64,000 bases of DNA from NCBI RefSeq assembly GCF_009914755.1, contig NC_060937.1; one strand, written 5' to 3'. Position numbers and translations under genes: made by a program. Numbering within the stretch: position 1 is the first letter of the stretch; every line of letters begins with the position of its first letter. Origin of the DNA: the human T2T-CHM13v2.0 reference genome, Homo sapiens. The notes under the pieces are model-generated. The model had not been told where the DNA came from. It did no database searches and was given only the letters and a program-made list of their open reading frames with translations. This document shows, in pieces, positions 1 through 14,456 of the stretch.

Positions 1-14
1 TCTGACCTATATAA

Positions 15-225
15 TGCTATATAATGGAATAAAGCTATTATCTACCCGATTGGGTACTTTTGAGGATCAAATGAGAGTGCTTTAAAAAAAAAAAAGAAAA
101 AAAAACTTTGTATAGCTGCTGGGACATATTATGCACTCAAAATTGATTTTATTATCTTTTACAACCTGAAAATTAAAGATAACAGTAGACCTACTTACAT
201 CCAAGGATTCTTGTCAATATTAACA
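15..225 (+). mobile_element. MIR fragments (two degenerate core pieces)
   Basis: 'aatggaataaagctattatctacc...tgaggatcaaatgag' and 'aaaattaaagataacagtagacctac' resemble the MIR core aaaatggggataatagtacctacctcatagggttgttgtgaggattaaatgag. Confidence 0.5.
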
Positions 226-786
226 CAAGGACAGGGAATGAAAAATTACCTTCAGAAAATTAGAATAGTAATCACTTAGCTTTGGAACACTGACCTTTTG
301 TTTCCTATTCATTCTTTTTTCTTTAGATGCCTAACTGTTGTTTTAAAACTAGGATTATCTCCACCATGGTAATTTTTGTTATACTTTTCTTGTTGATTTT
401 TTTTTCTTTGTTGCCTCAGATGTTAATTTCACCCTTCCTAGCTAGTTAAGGCCTGACAATTCTGGGGAAAACCAAACAACAAAACTCCAACATTCAGTCT
501 TCTAGTAAGATTTCAGACATAAATTCATCATTTTTATCTCTTCAGATATCTGCTTTTGCTTTTCTCTGTATGTTTTACAAACAATTATAAGTTCTTAAAC
601 ATCTATTTCCACTTAACTGCTCCACGATTTTTCATATGGCTTCTATTATGCCATCTTGATTGAAAACTCACACTCTCACCTGCATAGCTAGTGTGTTTTC
701 CTGGATATCCTATCTTACACATTTTCAGAAGAAAATATACTGTCACAGCTTTTATAGATTGTATGAAAGAATCACATTTATATAAA

Positions 787-1085
787 ATCGGCCCTTTGTA
801 TCCTCGGTTCTGCATCTGCAGATTTAACCAGCCATGGATTAAAATTATTGAAAAATAATAATAATAATCTGAAAATTAAAACCAATACTGTATCAACACA
901 ATTTACATAGCATTTATATTACATTAAGCATTATAAATCATCTGGAGATTATTTAAAGAATATGGTGAATGAACATAGGTTATATGCATATACACTATTT
1001 TAAATAAGAAGCTTGAACATCCCTGGATTTTGGTATTCTTGGGAATCCTGGAAGAAATCTGCTGAGTATACTGAGGGATGATTCT
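787..1085. mobile_element. MER2/Tigger3a-type TcMar-Tigger non-autonomous DNA transposon
   Basis: Degenerate TIRs 'tcggccctttgtatcc' and 'gtatactgagggatgatt'; internal 'atttacatagcattta...tctggagattatttaaag...ggattttggtatt' typical of MER2/Tigger3. Confidence 0.8.
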
Positions 1086-1991
1086 ACTTTCTTTGATTTT
1101 CCTAACAGTTCGTGTGTTTCTATCAAAAGATGTTTGTGAACATTAGTTCTTCCTTTTTCAGAGAATTCATAAGCTTACACTCTCATCTTGGGAAAAAAAA
1201 AAAAAAAAAACAAAAACAGTATTCATGTGGCTGCTGTCTCTGCCTCTTGCCTCCTGGTAGAATAGAAACACATCCTCTTAGAAAATATAAAAAATAAAAG
1301 TTACTGTAATATACATATATATGTAATGTTGGCACTGATTATTTTAATTTCTTTATGTGTTATTTTCATATGTATTGGCAAAAAAAAAACCCTACCATCT
1401 CAGGTTCAATACAGGAAAGGGTTCAGATCGTTAAATTTTGACCCAATGAATATTGACAATGAGGGAATTTCAGAAGACAATACTTGGTGACAATAGGCAT
1501 TAGGAAATATAGACAGACGGTCCAGTGCATAGCCCAGAAAATAATTACTGGATGTCAGATGCAAGTCGAGGCCTCCAATTAACTGAGTGTGGGGAAAAGG
1601 TTTGAGTATTAGACAGAACTTTTATACTAGGAAGAATCTGGGGATATTAAAGGAAGATCTCAGTTTTGTGGACCAGATTATTATGGGTGAATAAAAAGGA
1701 CAGATAATGAATGCTACAACTCAGTGTTCTTACAGGTACTCAAATCCACCTGCTATTTACTAACTTTCATTGAAATTCAATTGGCAAAAATGTAACTCTT
1801 AGGCAGAAGAGAATCCTGGGAGTTGTGGCTAGTTTTAGTTAGTGAGTTATTAGATGTGTTATTCTGGACAGCACATACCACCAACTGAATACCTGAAATC
1901 AAACATGGGCAATGCAAATACAAGAATAATGACAGAATAACAGGTCTATATGGGATTTATTGTTAATGCTACTTTTTAGTAGACAGTGCTA

Positions 1992-2747
<756 letters not shown>

Positions 2748-2748
<1 letters not shown>

Positions 2749-3195
2749 TAAGGGTATCAAAGACTACCCTGCACATTTGGGGATAACTGTGAGGACTTGC
2801 ATAACTCAGCATATAGTTATAATAGCTAAAATTTATTTGGGGGAATACCAGATGAAAGCTTCCAAGAGTCCCCTCCCAATACAGCCACACAAGACATGAT
2901 CAATTCTTCTACCAATAAGTCGTGACAACTTGTAAGAAGGGTTGTCTACCAGGGAAGTTAATTAGTGACTCATCAGTAATAATTTAACTGGGAGCTAGTC
3001 AAGTAATTACCTCTGCCTACCAAATTTCAGAGCCCCATAGGGAAAGCTAATGTTCAAGATAAACCATGTTGCTTGTACACACAACTTAAGCACAGTAAGA
3101 CACTTTTATCAAGGTCCCAGACTGCCAGCCAAGGGCAAACCTTGAAACCAGATCATTCTAAGGATAGCAGACTCAGGCTTTCTGTGTTAATAGAT
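2748..3195 (-). mobile_element. MER21-family LTR (ERVL)
   Basis: 'ctaaggatagcagactcaggctttctgtgttaa' and 'gccagccaagggcaaaccttg' are the reverse complement of the MER21 5' end. Confidence 0.75.
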
Positions 3196-3236
3196 CCCTG
3201 AACAATAACAAATACTGTCATTACTGTCAAGAACAT

Positions 3237-3509
3237 TGTATTAGTCCATTCTCATGCTGCTGATAAAGACATACCTGAGACTGGGCAATCAAAAGAAAGA
3301 GGTTTGATGGCACGTCTTACAGGGTGGCAGACAAGAGAAGAGAGCTTGTGGAGGGAAACTCTGCTTTTTTAAAACCATCAGATCTTGTGAGACTTGTTCA
3401 CTATTACGAGAACAGCGCAGGAAAGACCTGCCCCGACGATTCAGTTACCTCCCACAGCACATGGGAATTCAAGATGAGATTTGGGTGGGGACACATCCAA
3501 ACCATATCA
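3237..3509 (-). mobile_element. THE1A-like MaLR solo LTR, internally deleted
   Basis: tgtattagtcc...gagatttgggtggggacacatccaaaccatatca; 'atgggaattcaagatgag' junction typical of THE1A; 5-bp TSD aacat/aatat. Confidence 0.88.
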
Positions 3510-4926
3510 AATATTATTACATACTAAATAATAAAAGTAATAAGTAACAAATAGAATTTTAACTAAGCATCCATCCTCCATTGAATATTAGGAAATATTG
3601 AAGAATATTGTCAATAAACAACTGGATATTTATGATATGTACTCTTGTTAAAAATATATAACTTGTATTGTGCTATTGGTAATAGACTATAAAACACACA
3701 AAGGTTTTCACTTATTAGATTAAAACTACTATATGCTTTGTATTGCCTGATACTAATAATAATGGCAACCCTGGAAGAATATAAATCACCTGATAATCTT
3801 TCTACAAATACAAAAACAACTATGCCATTTTATGATATAACATTTTCATTTCCACACTATTTGACATACTGTAACACTATGTTCATCATCTAAACAGAGG
3901 TGAAATATTGTAGTGAGTAGTTTAGAGAATATTTACTTCCCCTTAAGCATTAGTAATATATTGAGTTAAGAGTTACTTTATTTTTCATGAAAAATTCTCA
4001 TGACAATATACAACAATATTTTCATTTTAGATCCATTCATTACATAATAGTTTTCATGTTTTATGATAATACTGGCTAGATTCTTCCATGCGACATGGTT
4101 ATTGTAGTCTTAAGAGAATCCCTAATGAAGCAGCATTAACTCTTTTATGATTTTAAGATCAATAAATAATGTCTCCAAGTATTCAGGAAATTTTTGAAAG
4201 AGGCTGAAATCAAACAACAATAGCTAGAAACAATAGCTTTATTGCCATAGGAAATAATTTTTGAAGATAAATTCTGTGGATTGAAACACAAGTTTCTTTA
4301 TTTAAAAAATGTTTCTCATACGAAGAATTTACAATTTTATTCCCAGATGTAATCAGCAAAGTTTTTTCTTATGTATTTACTGTATATGTGGTTCCATGAT
4401 TAATGTAAATAAATGAATGCCTTATTTTATCAATTATGAGACAATAATATTTGTATAATACATTTTTAATTTGCCGTTAGGAAAGAACACAGAACTCCCA
4501 AGTAAACCATGACACAATGGTAAACTTCACACAGGGAGTGTTTATTCTATAATCATGAAAGTGTTGTTTTCAGACATTTTTAACCACATGTATTTATCTT
4601 CTTTTCATTTTTGTGCAAATACAAAAATGAAAACCTAAGTAAAATTAATTACGATGGCATGTCTAATAGTTTTCTACAATCTGAGCCTGACTCAGCTAAA
4701 TTATTCTCTGACTCAGATTAATTGAATTCCATGATTTACAAACAATATTATCCTCCTTGTTTTCAAAAACACCAAGAAGCAACACTGACTAAAATAGGAA
4801 TCTGTTGTTGATTCTGGATTACTTTTTCAAATCCTTGACAACTCATTCTTCTATTGTTATTGCCTTTTTAGAGGTGCTAATGGAAGGTTTTGTTAAGGGG
4901 TGGGTGAGGGGGAATCTAGGATATAA

Positions 4927-7900
4927 GGGGAGTGATATTAGCAAGAAGCCCTGAAATCTCCTTCCTTTCAGGCAAGAAGCTCTGAAATATCCTCCCCCAC
5001 CCCATGAACACTGTGATTCTTCAACACTACATAGACGAATTCCCTTTATGAGAAATAAACTGGTTGAGAGGTTTCTGCACCTTAATCTAGCATGAAACCA
5101 GCCACCCTGGCTAGTTTTAAAACACCCTCTCACCATATTGCCCAATCCCTGGCAGCACCCTATGATTGGGAGGAGCCTTTCTGCTCCAAGGTTCTCTTTA
5201 GTGAGGAAAAAGTTGGAACATATATCCAACACCCTAATTTTTCTGGGAAGCTACTCAGGACTGGATTCTGCCTTGCCTATCTGAGAGAGCTGACAGAACC
5301 TGGCACACTCAAGCTGCCTAGAGCTAAGTAAGAACAAAGATAGGTGTTTTAGATGACAGTTACCGTAGCTCCTTCCCCACCGTCAGCAAGCTCCTAACAA
5401 CAGGCTCAGTACAGAGCAAGGAGACAAAAATGTTAGCTCCCACCTTCTCCCTGGGGAGGGAAAAAGGTTACAGAACAACCAATGACCCAAAATTTCTAAG
5501 GACCGAAGCTAGAAAATAGCTTCAGCCTTGCCTATCTCTGAACATTGACAGGATCCAGAATATTCCAAACATCTGGGGGCTACAAAGAACAAAAAAAGCA
5601 GGTTGGACTAGCCTGAAGGCTTGAGATAGGCCTTCAGAATCTTTGACTAGGCTGATTGGTGAGGGTCTTCTCCTATGTAAGAACAGTTTGTGAAGACTAG
5701 GAGAGGTAGCTGTTTTTTTTATAGTGCACAGATACCAACACAAATTCAAGAAAAGTGAAGAAACAGAAACATGTCTCTAACAAAGGCACAAATGAATCTC
5801 TAGAAACTGACTCTAATGAAAGGAAGATATGTAATCTACCTGAAAGTTAATTAAAAATAACCCTCATAAGGGTGTTTGATAAGATAAGGAAAACAATGCA
5901 CGAACAAACTGAAAATTTCAACAAAGAGATAGAAAAAGCTCCAAACAGAAACCTTGGAGCTGAATAATATAATAACTGAACAAAAACAAAAACCAAATAA
6001 AATACACTAGAGGAGTATAAAATCCTACTGGAAAGAGGCAGACGAAAGAGAAAATAGAAACAGAGAGACCAAACAGAAATCTTGGAGCTAAATAATACAA
6101 TAACTGAGCAAGAGTAAACAATAATCACTAGAGGGTTTTAAAGGCCAACTAGGTCAAACAGAAGAAAGGATAAGCAAACTGGAAGACAGGTCATTGAAAA
6201 TTATAAAGTCAGAGGAACAAAAAGAAAAAAAAAATCAAAAAAGAGGAAAAAGGCCTTATGAGACTTACGGGACATCATCATGCGGCTGAATATACACACT
6301 ATAGGAATATCAGAAAGAAAAATGAGAAAAGAGGAAAAGCTTACTCAAAGAAATAATGGCCAAAAACATCCTTCATGTGAAAAAAAAAAACAAAGACCCC
6401 ATAAAAAGTTGAATACAAAAAGATACACATTGAGACATAACAAAATTGTCTGACAAAGATGACGAGACATTTTTCTTTTTTATGAGACAGAGTTTCACTC
6501 TTGTTGCCCAGGCTGGAGTACAATCTTGGCTCACTGCAATCTCCACCTCCTGGGTTCAAGAGATTCTCCCGCCTCAGACTCCCTAGCAGCTGGGATTACA
6601 GGCGCCCTCCATCACGCCCAGCTAATTTTTGTATTTTTAGTAGAGATGGGGTTTCACCATGTTGGCCAGGGTAGTCTCAAACTCCTCACCTCAGGTGAAT
6701 CTCCCACCTTGGCCTCCCAAAGTGTTGAGATTACAGGCGTGAGCCGCTGGATGATGAGAATTTTTTTAAAGCACAAGACAAAAATGACTTGTCATGAACA
6801 ATGAAAAACCCTTAAGATTGTCTGGCTTTCTCAGCAAAGATTGAAGGGGGTAGATGGTAAAATCAAAGTACTGAAAGAAAAATCTGCCAAACAAGACTAG
6901 TATAAACAGCAGAATTGTCCTCTATCTCTCCAAAATGGAGAGATAAAGACTTTGTCAGACAAAGACTGAAGAAGTTCATCACCTCTGAGCCTGCCATATA
7001 AGATGCTGAAGCAGGTTCTAGAAGTTGAAGCAAAAGGATGCTAAACAGTAATGCAAAAGCATATGAAAGTACAAAAATTGCTGCAAAAGTAATCATATAG
7101 AAAAATAAAGAATACAGTAATACTTGAATGATGGCAAATAAAATATTTTTAACTCTAGTATAAAAGTTAAAAGACAAAAGTGTTAAAGATAATCATAAAT
7201 TTAAAAATGAATGGATACAGTATATAAAAAGATGTAAATTGTGAGTCAATAATACAATGTTGGGGGAAGTAGATGTGTAGAGTTTTGTATATAATTAAAT
7301 TAGTTACCAGCTTAAAATATAGTATTATAACTATAAGACATTGTATGTAAGCCCCATGGTAACCACAAAGAAAATACCTGTATAGAAGATACACAAAAGA
7401 AAAAGAGAAATCAAAGCACATCAGTATTAAAAAATTAAATTAAAAACAAAGGAAGACAGCAAGAAGATACAAGGGAACAAAAGAACCATAAGAGAGACAA
7501 ACAATATTTAACTAAATGGAAATAATTATACTCCATTAATAGTTATTGTAAATAATAAGAAGTCAAACTCCTTATTCAAAAGTTATACAGAACCTGATAG
7601 GAATTCAAAAAAATTTAACTATATGCTGTATATAAGAGACTCATTTTAAATTTAAAGACACATTTTGGCTGAAAGTTAAGGAATGAAAAAATATATTCTA
7701 TAAAAAAATGGTCAACAAAAGAGAATGGAGGCTACATGGTTATATCAGACAAAATAGACTTTAAAAACTATCACAATAAACAAAAAAAGAACATTATATA
7801 GTGATAAAAGAGATAAAAGAACATTATATAATAAAAGTCATATGATAAAAGATAAAATATATAATGATAAAAGACATATATACATATATATGTATATACA

Positions 7901-10900
7901 TATATGTATGTATATATATACACATATATATAATCTTAAATATATATGTACCCAACATCACAGTATCTAATATAGAAGGCAAATATTGCCGAAACTGAAG
8001 GGAGTAATAGACAGCAGTAATAGACATAGTAATGGCAGGAATAATCAATAGTCTTCTTTAAATAAAGGATATGAAAACCAGACAGACAATTAATAAAGAT
8101 ATAGCAGTCTTAAAAAACACTATAGACCAGAGACCTAAGAGACATATACAAAATATTCAACTCAACTGCAGCAGAATATACATACATCTCAAGCACACAC
8201 AGAGTGTTATCCAATATAGGTCACATGGGAGGTCACAAAGTAAGTATTAACATTTAAGAAGATTGAAATTATGCCAAGTCTGTTTTCTGACCACAATTAA
8301 ATCGATGTAGACATCAATAACAAGAAGAAATGTAGAAAATAATGTAAAAATTGAACAACACAGTTTCGAACAATGAGTGGGTCAAAGAAAAAATCAAAAC
8401 AGAAATTACAAATATATGGAGAAAATTGAAAATAAAAATTCAATACATGAAAACTTACAGGATACAGCAAAAGGAATACTAAGAGGGCAGCTTATAGTGA
8501 TAAACAACTGCATTACAAAAGAGGAAATATCTAAAATATCAGCCCAATTTTCCAGTTTAAGATAGAAGAACAAAAAAACTAAGTCCATAGTTAGCAGAAG
8601 AAAGGAAATGATAAAGATTAGAAAAAATAAATTAATCACATAGAGAATAGAGAAATAATAGAAAAAACAAAATTAAGAGTTGTTTTTTGAAGAGAATTAT
8701 ATTAACAAATCCCTAACTATACCCTGAGGCAAAAGAGAAAATATTAAAATAATAAAATAATAAAGACCCAACTAATAGCACAGAAATAAAAATGATTATA
8801 AGATACTATTGTGAACAATTATTAACAAGAAATTGGATAACCTATAAAAAAGAAATATTTCTAAAAATATACAACCTACCAAGACTGAATCGGAAAGAAA
8901 CAAAATACTGAATATACCTGCAAATAGTAAGGAGGCTGAATCAACGGTCAAAAACTTACTGACAAAGAAAAGTCCAGGGTCAGATGCCTTCACCGTTGAA
9001 TTCTATCGAACATTTAAAAATGGATCAATGGCAATCATTTTCAAACTCTTTCAAAATATTTGAAGAGGAGACTACGCTTCTAAGTTGATTTTGTAAAGCA
9101 GGAATTACTCTAATACCAAAGCTAGACAAAGCCAATAGAAGGAAAGACAACTAAAAGTCAATGCCCCCAATGAATGTAGATACCGAAATCCTCAACGAAA
9201 CACTAACAAGGCGAATTCAACAACACATTAAAAGGTTCATAACCCACGACCGGGTGGGATATATGACTGAGGTGCAAGGATGATTCAACATCCAAAAATA
9301 CATTAATGTCTTCAATGTAATACATTGCATTAACAGAATTAAGGGGAAAAATCACATGATCATCTCAGTGGACACAGAAAATGCATTTTAAAAAATTATA
9401 CACCTTTTTTAATGATAAAACGTCTCAAAATCTAGGAATGCATCAAAATTGCCTCACCATAATAAAGGCCATATATAAAAAGTCCATAGCTAATGTTCAA
9501 TAGCAAAAAACTGAACACTTTTCCTCTAAGATTAGTAACAAGGCAAGAGCATTCACTTTTGCCACTTTTATTCAACACAGTACTGGACTCCTAACCAATG
9601 CAATGAGATTAAAAAAAGAAAAAAAGGCCCAAATCAGAAAGGAAGAATTAATATTGTCCCTGTTTGAAGATGACATAATTTTATATGTAGAAAACCCTAA
9701 AGACTCCACAATAAAATAAAATAAAATAATAAAACCTGTGAGAACTAATAAATTCAGTAAAACAGCAGTATACAAAATCAATAAAGAAAAATTAGTCATA
9801 TTTCTACACTGCCAGGAAACTATCTGAAAAAGCAATTAGGAAAAGAATACAATTTAAAATAGAACCAAAATGAATAAAAAACCCAGGAATAAACTTAAGA
9901 GGGTGAAAGAGTAATAGACTGAACACTACAAAACACTGGTGAAAGACATTAAAGAACACAAACAAATGAAAAGACATTCCGTTTTCATGGATTGGAATAT
10001 TTTTATAGTGTTAATACCACCAAAAAGCGATCCACAGATTCAAAGTATTCTCTGTCAAAATTCTGATGATATTTTTCACAGAAATAGAAAAAAATACATA
10101 CTCAAATTTTTATTGAATGACAAAATACCTTGAATAGTCAAAACAATATTGAAAAAGAAGAACAAAGCTGGAGGAATTACACTTCCTGATTTCAAAATAC
10201 ATTACAAGGATACATTAATGGAAAAGGTATATTACCAGCATAATGACAGATATAAACACCAGTGGAACACAATAGAGACCCCAGAAATAAATCCACACAT
10301 GTACAGCTAACTAATCACCACAAGAATGTCAGGAACACACAAAAAGGGTGGTCTCTTCAACAAATGGTGCTAGAAAAACTGTATATCCACATGTAAACAA
10401 ATGAAATGGGAAGCTTTTTGTACACCATACCTGATAATGAACTCAAAATAGATTAAAAATATAAACATTAGACCTGAAACTCCTATACCTATGAGAAGAA
10501 AACACAGGTAAAAATTTCATGACATTGATCTTGGCAATGATTTCTTGTATATGATACCAAAAGCACAAGCAACAAAAGTGAAAATAGACAAGTTGGACTC
10601 TATCAAACAGAAAAATTACTGCATATCAAAAAAACTATTAACAGAGAGAAAAGACAATTTACATAATGGGAGAGAATATTTGCTCTGATAAAATCTTAAT
10701 ATATAAAATATTAAGAAACTCTTACATTTCAGAAGCAAAAACATAAATAACCAAAAAACATAAAAGGAAATACCACAACAATCCGATTTTAAATTGTACA
10801 AAGGACTGGAATATATATTTCACCAAGGAAAATTAACAAATGGCCAGTAAGTATATGAAAAATGATACTCAATATTACTAATCTTCAGGGAGGTGCAAAT

Positions 10901-11075
10901 CAAAACCACAATATCACCTTACACCTGTTAGGATGACCATGATCAAAGAAAAAAACAAACAGTGTTTGCGAAAATTTGGAGAAACTGGAACCCTTGTACA
11001 CTGTTGGTGAAAATATAAAATGGTGCAGCTGCTAAGGAAAACAGTAGGAAGTTTCCCTAAAAAATATAAAACCAC
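4927..11075 (+). mobile_element. Old near-full-length L1M (5'UTR, decayed ORF1 ~5750-7100, ORF2 ~7510-10900, truncated 3'UTR)
   Basis: 5' 'ggggagtgatattagcaaga'; A-rich sense strand with L1 ORF2 hallmarks (gacaaaatagacttt, ttctgaccacaat, caaggatgattcaacat, gatgacataattttatatgtagaaaaccctaaagactcc, tcttcaacaaatggtgct); many stops and frameshifts. Confidence 0.92.
6470..6749 (-). mobile_element. AluSq/Sx inserted in L1 ORF1
   Basis: Poly(T) then tgagacagagtttcactcttgttgcccaggctgg...gattacaggcgtgagcc; TSD-like gatgacgaga / gatgatgaga. Confidence 0.93.
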
Positions 11076-11429
11076 CCAAAAGTACCTACGGTAGCCATAG
11101 AATAACCATCCAATGCCGGCCATTAAAAGTTGGTTCTTAGAGAAGAGCTACCTATAGAGATTGATCTGACCAAGTTTTTTTTTGTTGTTGTTTTTTGTTT
11201 TTTTCATGAGGCCTTAATTGTAGCCTCTTGTTGAGTAATTGCCAGGCTGGGGCCAGGTAAAATCTGAAGTAGCCTCAGATGGTTACCCAAAGTCACATTG
11301 GACCAAGTGTCAAGAATACCAATGCTGGGAGTTCTCCCTTATCTCCAGGGTGTCAATGATATATTTTGGAAAGCTATGTAACCCATGAGTTAATTAATAG
11401 TGATGAAGTGTAGAGCAGCTAAAAAGAAA

Positions 11430-11570
11430 AAATACACACACGTAAGTGTGGGTATATATTCTGTGTGTATATGGATATACACACACAGTATGCATACATA
11501 TTTATGTACATATTCTGTATACATGTAGAGAGAGATAGAGAAAGAGAGCAAAAGAATGAGAAAGAGGGAG
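11430..11570. repeat. Degenerate TA/TG/GA simple repeat
   Basis: Alternating tg/ta tracts then a gaga/gaaa purine run. Confidence 0.6.
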
Positions 11571-12332
11571 CTCTATTTTTGGCAAGATAATTTGTTAACT
11601 AATCAGATACATGCCCTCAGATGCATAAAGAACTAACATACTAGGTGGTTGTGTAAAGCCCCCAGACTTGTGTGACAAGAAGAAATTTAATCAGCCCAAC
11701 AACAATTCAGCCATTATCTATCTACTTTTTGATTTTTGGTGCTCTCAGAAATAACACCTTGGGGGTATAATTTCATTCAGTGGTTTAAAATGAAATATGA
11801 TAGCAATTTATTTTTGGAAATTATAGAGCAGAGCCTCACAGTAATTTTTTTCGAAATCAATCCTTAAAATCTGTATCTCTTAAGTATATTTAGCATTAAT
11901 AGTACATGTTTGGCATGTTGAAGAATACTGGGTATTTATTAGCATTTCCTATTTGACTAAATTCATGCTATCACTTTTCCTTAATTAAATAGTGTGTCAT
12001 TGTGAGTTTAAAAAATTCTATTCAAACTCAGCATGAAATTTTTGAAAAATTTATGTTTGAGGTCTTAAAGATAGTTCCATGAAATGCATAAATATGTCAC
12101 AACAGCTTTTCTTGCTTTGAAAAATGTAAGAGTTTTCCAGGCATTTGGAAACATCATCTAGCTTTGTTGCATTACGTGGTGTGTGATATTATTCTCTGTT
12201 ATTGTTTTGTCAGAAAACTATTTTAATGCAACTATTTCCCTAATGATAAATATTTGCTCCACCAATATCATACTTTTGTGGCACTACTCTGTTTTCATGC
12301 CTATTATTTTTCACAATGAAAAACTCTTTTGT

Positions 12333-12837
<505 letters not shown>

Positions 12838-13658
12838 TTATAAGACATATTCCAATTTCAGACATGTTAAATTGCAAATACATATACATGTAAGATGAAT
12901 TTAACAATAGACCTTAAGGAGGCAGTTGAGCTTCAAAAGGAAGAAAAAAACAGAATTAGTGTTTATGTACATTCAGTTGCTCATCTCCGTGTGTCTCTCT
13001 CCATCAGCTACATTTTTCTTCATTAGACCAAATTTTGCTGCTTCTCTCAGCCCATGTTCACTCTATAATTCCTAGGTTTGCATGTCTCATCTTAGTTGAA
13101 CCACCAGAATGACTATATTTAGTTCTGTCTCTAAATACCAAATTCCCAGAACAAACTGGCTAAATTGTGTCAGCTTTTCTCTTCTATTCCAATTCCCTGT
13201 GTGGAAGGGTTGGATTATAAATAGTCAAACACACTTGTTTTCAAAATGCCTATTTTTTTTTCTATTTGAATCACCAGTTAGATATCATATTTTGGAAAAC
13301 AAGTCCACATCCAGTTCACTCTGTTTATCATGTCCTTTCTATAGAACGTAGTAACATTAGTCATTCACTCAATTGTTGAATTAACAAATTAATTGATTTT
13401 AAGTTGGTGATATAAAACTATTCCAGACAATATTTAGTACTTTCTAAATATGATTTACTACTTCTATGCAGTAGGCCTTTCTGAATTCTATTACTGTCAG
13501 CTGGCAATTGGAAATGCAACATATTTTTAAATGAGTACAGTTACGGGAAAGTACTAATCAAGCATTAAGAAACCACTTCGTAGTTATACATTTCATCACC
13601 CAAGTTCAGGTAAATGTACACTGATAACCAATTACTTCTCTATAGAAGTGATGAGAAT

Positions 13659-13968
13659 TGTCGGGTTCTAGCCCAAACTGAGGTCTGAGGGGAGTTAGTA
13701 GGCAGGTGGCGGGTAGCTGGGTACTCAAGGAATCCTAACAGTTTCAACATGACTTCATTCTGTTTCTCGGAATGTGAGCCCTATGCACAGTGTCAGCAGG
13801 GTAATTATACCTTTTACAGACAATAGTGGCTCAGAGTCAAGTTTGAGCTTACACAAACAGGTTACATAATGAACAGTTGTGTGTCTGAGCTCCAAACCCT
13901 CTTAGTCATACTGGACCAGATGTTTACCTTGGACTATTCTTGACTGAAGCACATCTATTTTCCTAACA
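13659..13968 (-). mobile_element. LTR18-like solo LTR
   Basis: TG...CA termini with perfect 5-bp TSD AGAAT (13654-13658, 13969-13973); minus strand starts tgttaggaaaatagatgtgcttcagtcaagaatag, like LTR18. Confidence 0.8.
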
Positions 13969-14456
13969 AGAATCAAGAGGTTCTGTTATTGACAAAGCAT
14001 CTATGAAAAAGGTACAATTAATGTTTATTAAATAGGGCACAATTCTAAATGTTGAGGGAAAAGATAAAATTACTGTGCTTCTTCCAATTCCGGTATTTGG
14101 AGAAGAGCCTAGGCTCATCCTTCTATTATATTCCACACAACTTAGAAACAATAAACACCTGTGCCAAATGGCATAATTATAGCCAAAGTGGCAGTGAGTC
14201 TTCTCTCCAAGCTAGAAAACATCCGTCATGAACAAAGCAGCATTTCAATACCTCTCACCAAATTTCAAATACAGGGCTTACGTATTTACATACTCAGAAG
14301 TGATTCAGGAATGGTCTTTCTTTTTCCTCATCAAGAGAACATCTGAAACTGCGCCATTCTATTTGAAGGAAATTCTCTTTCTGGATGAACTAGTGAGATG
14401 GGTAAGTAGTCAGGTTCCTGGCAGCTCAGCTCTTGACAAATCAATGCAGTGAACAG

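Noticed and set aside
4897-4930. Possible G-quadruplex (four G-runs) at the L1 5' junction
   Set aside because: Third loop is ~14 nt; isolated motif with no supporting context.
4843-5232. 129-aa minus-strand ORF
   Set aside because: Straddles the L1 5' boundary; no recognisable domain; consistent with chance.
12910-13220. Possible MLT1-like fragment; also faint L2/hAT-like traces near 21140-21310, 24600-24670 and 49200-49400
   Set aside because: Too degenerate to assign by eye; needs an HMM search.
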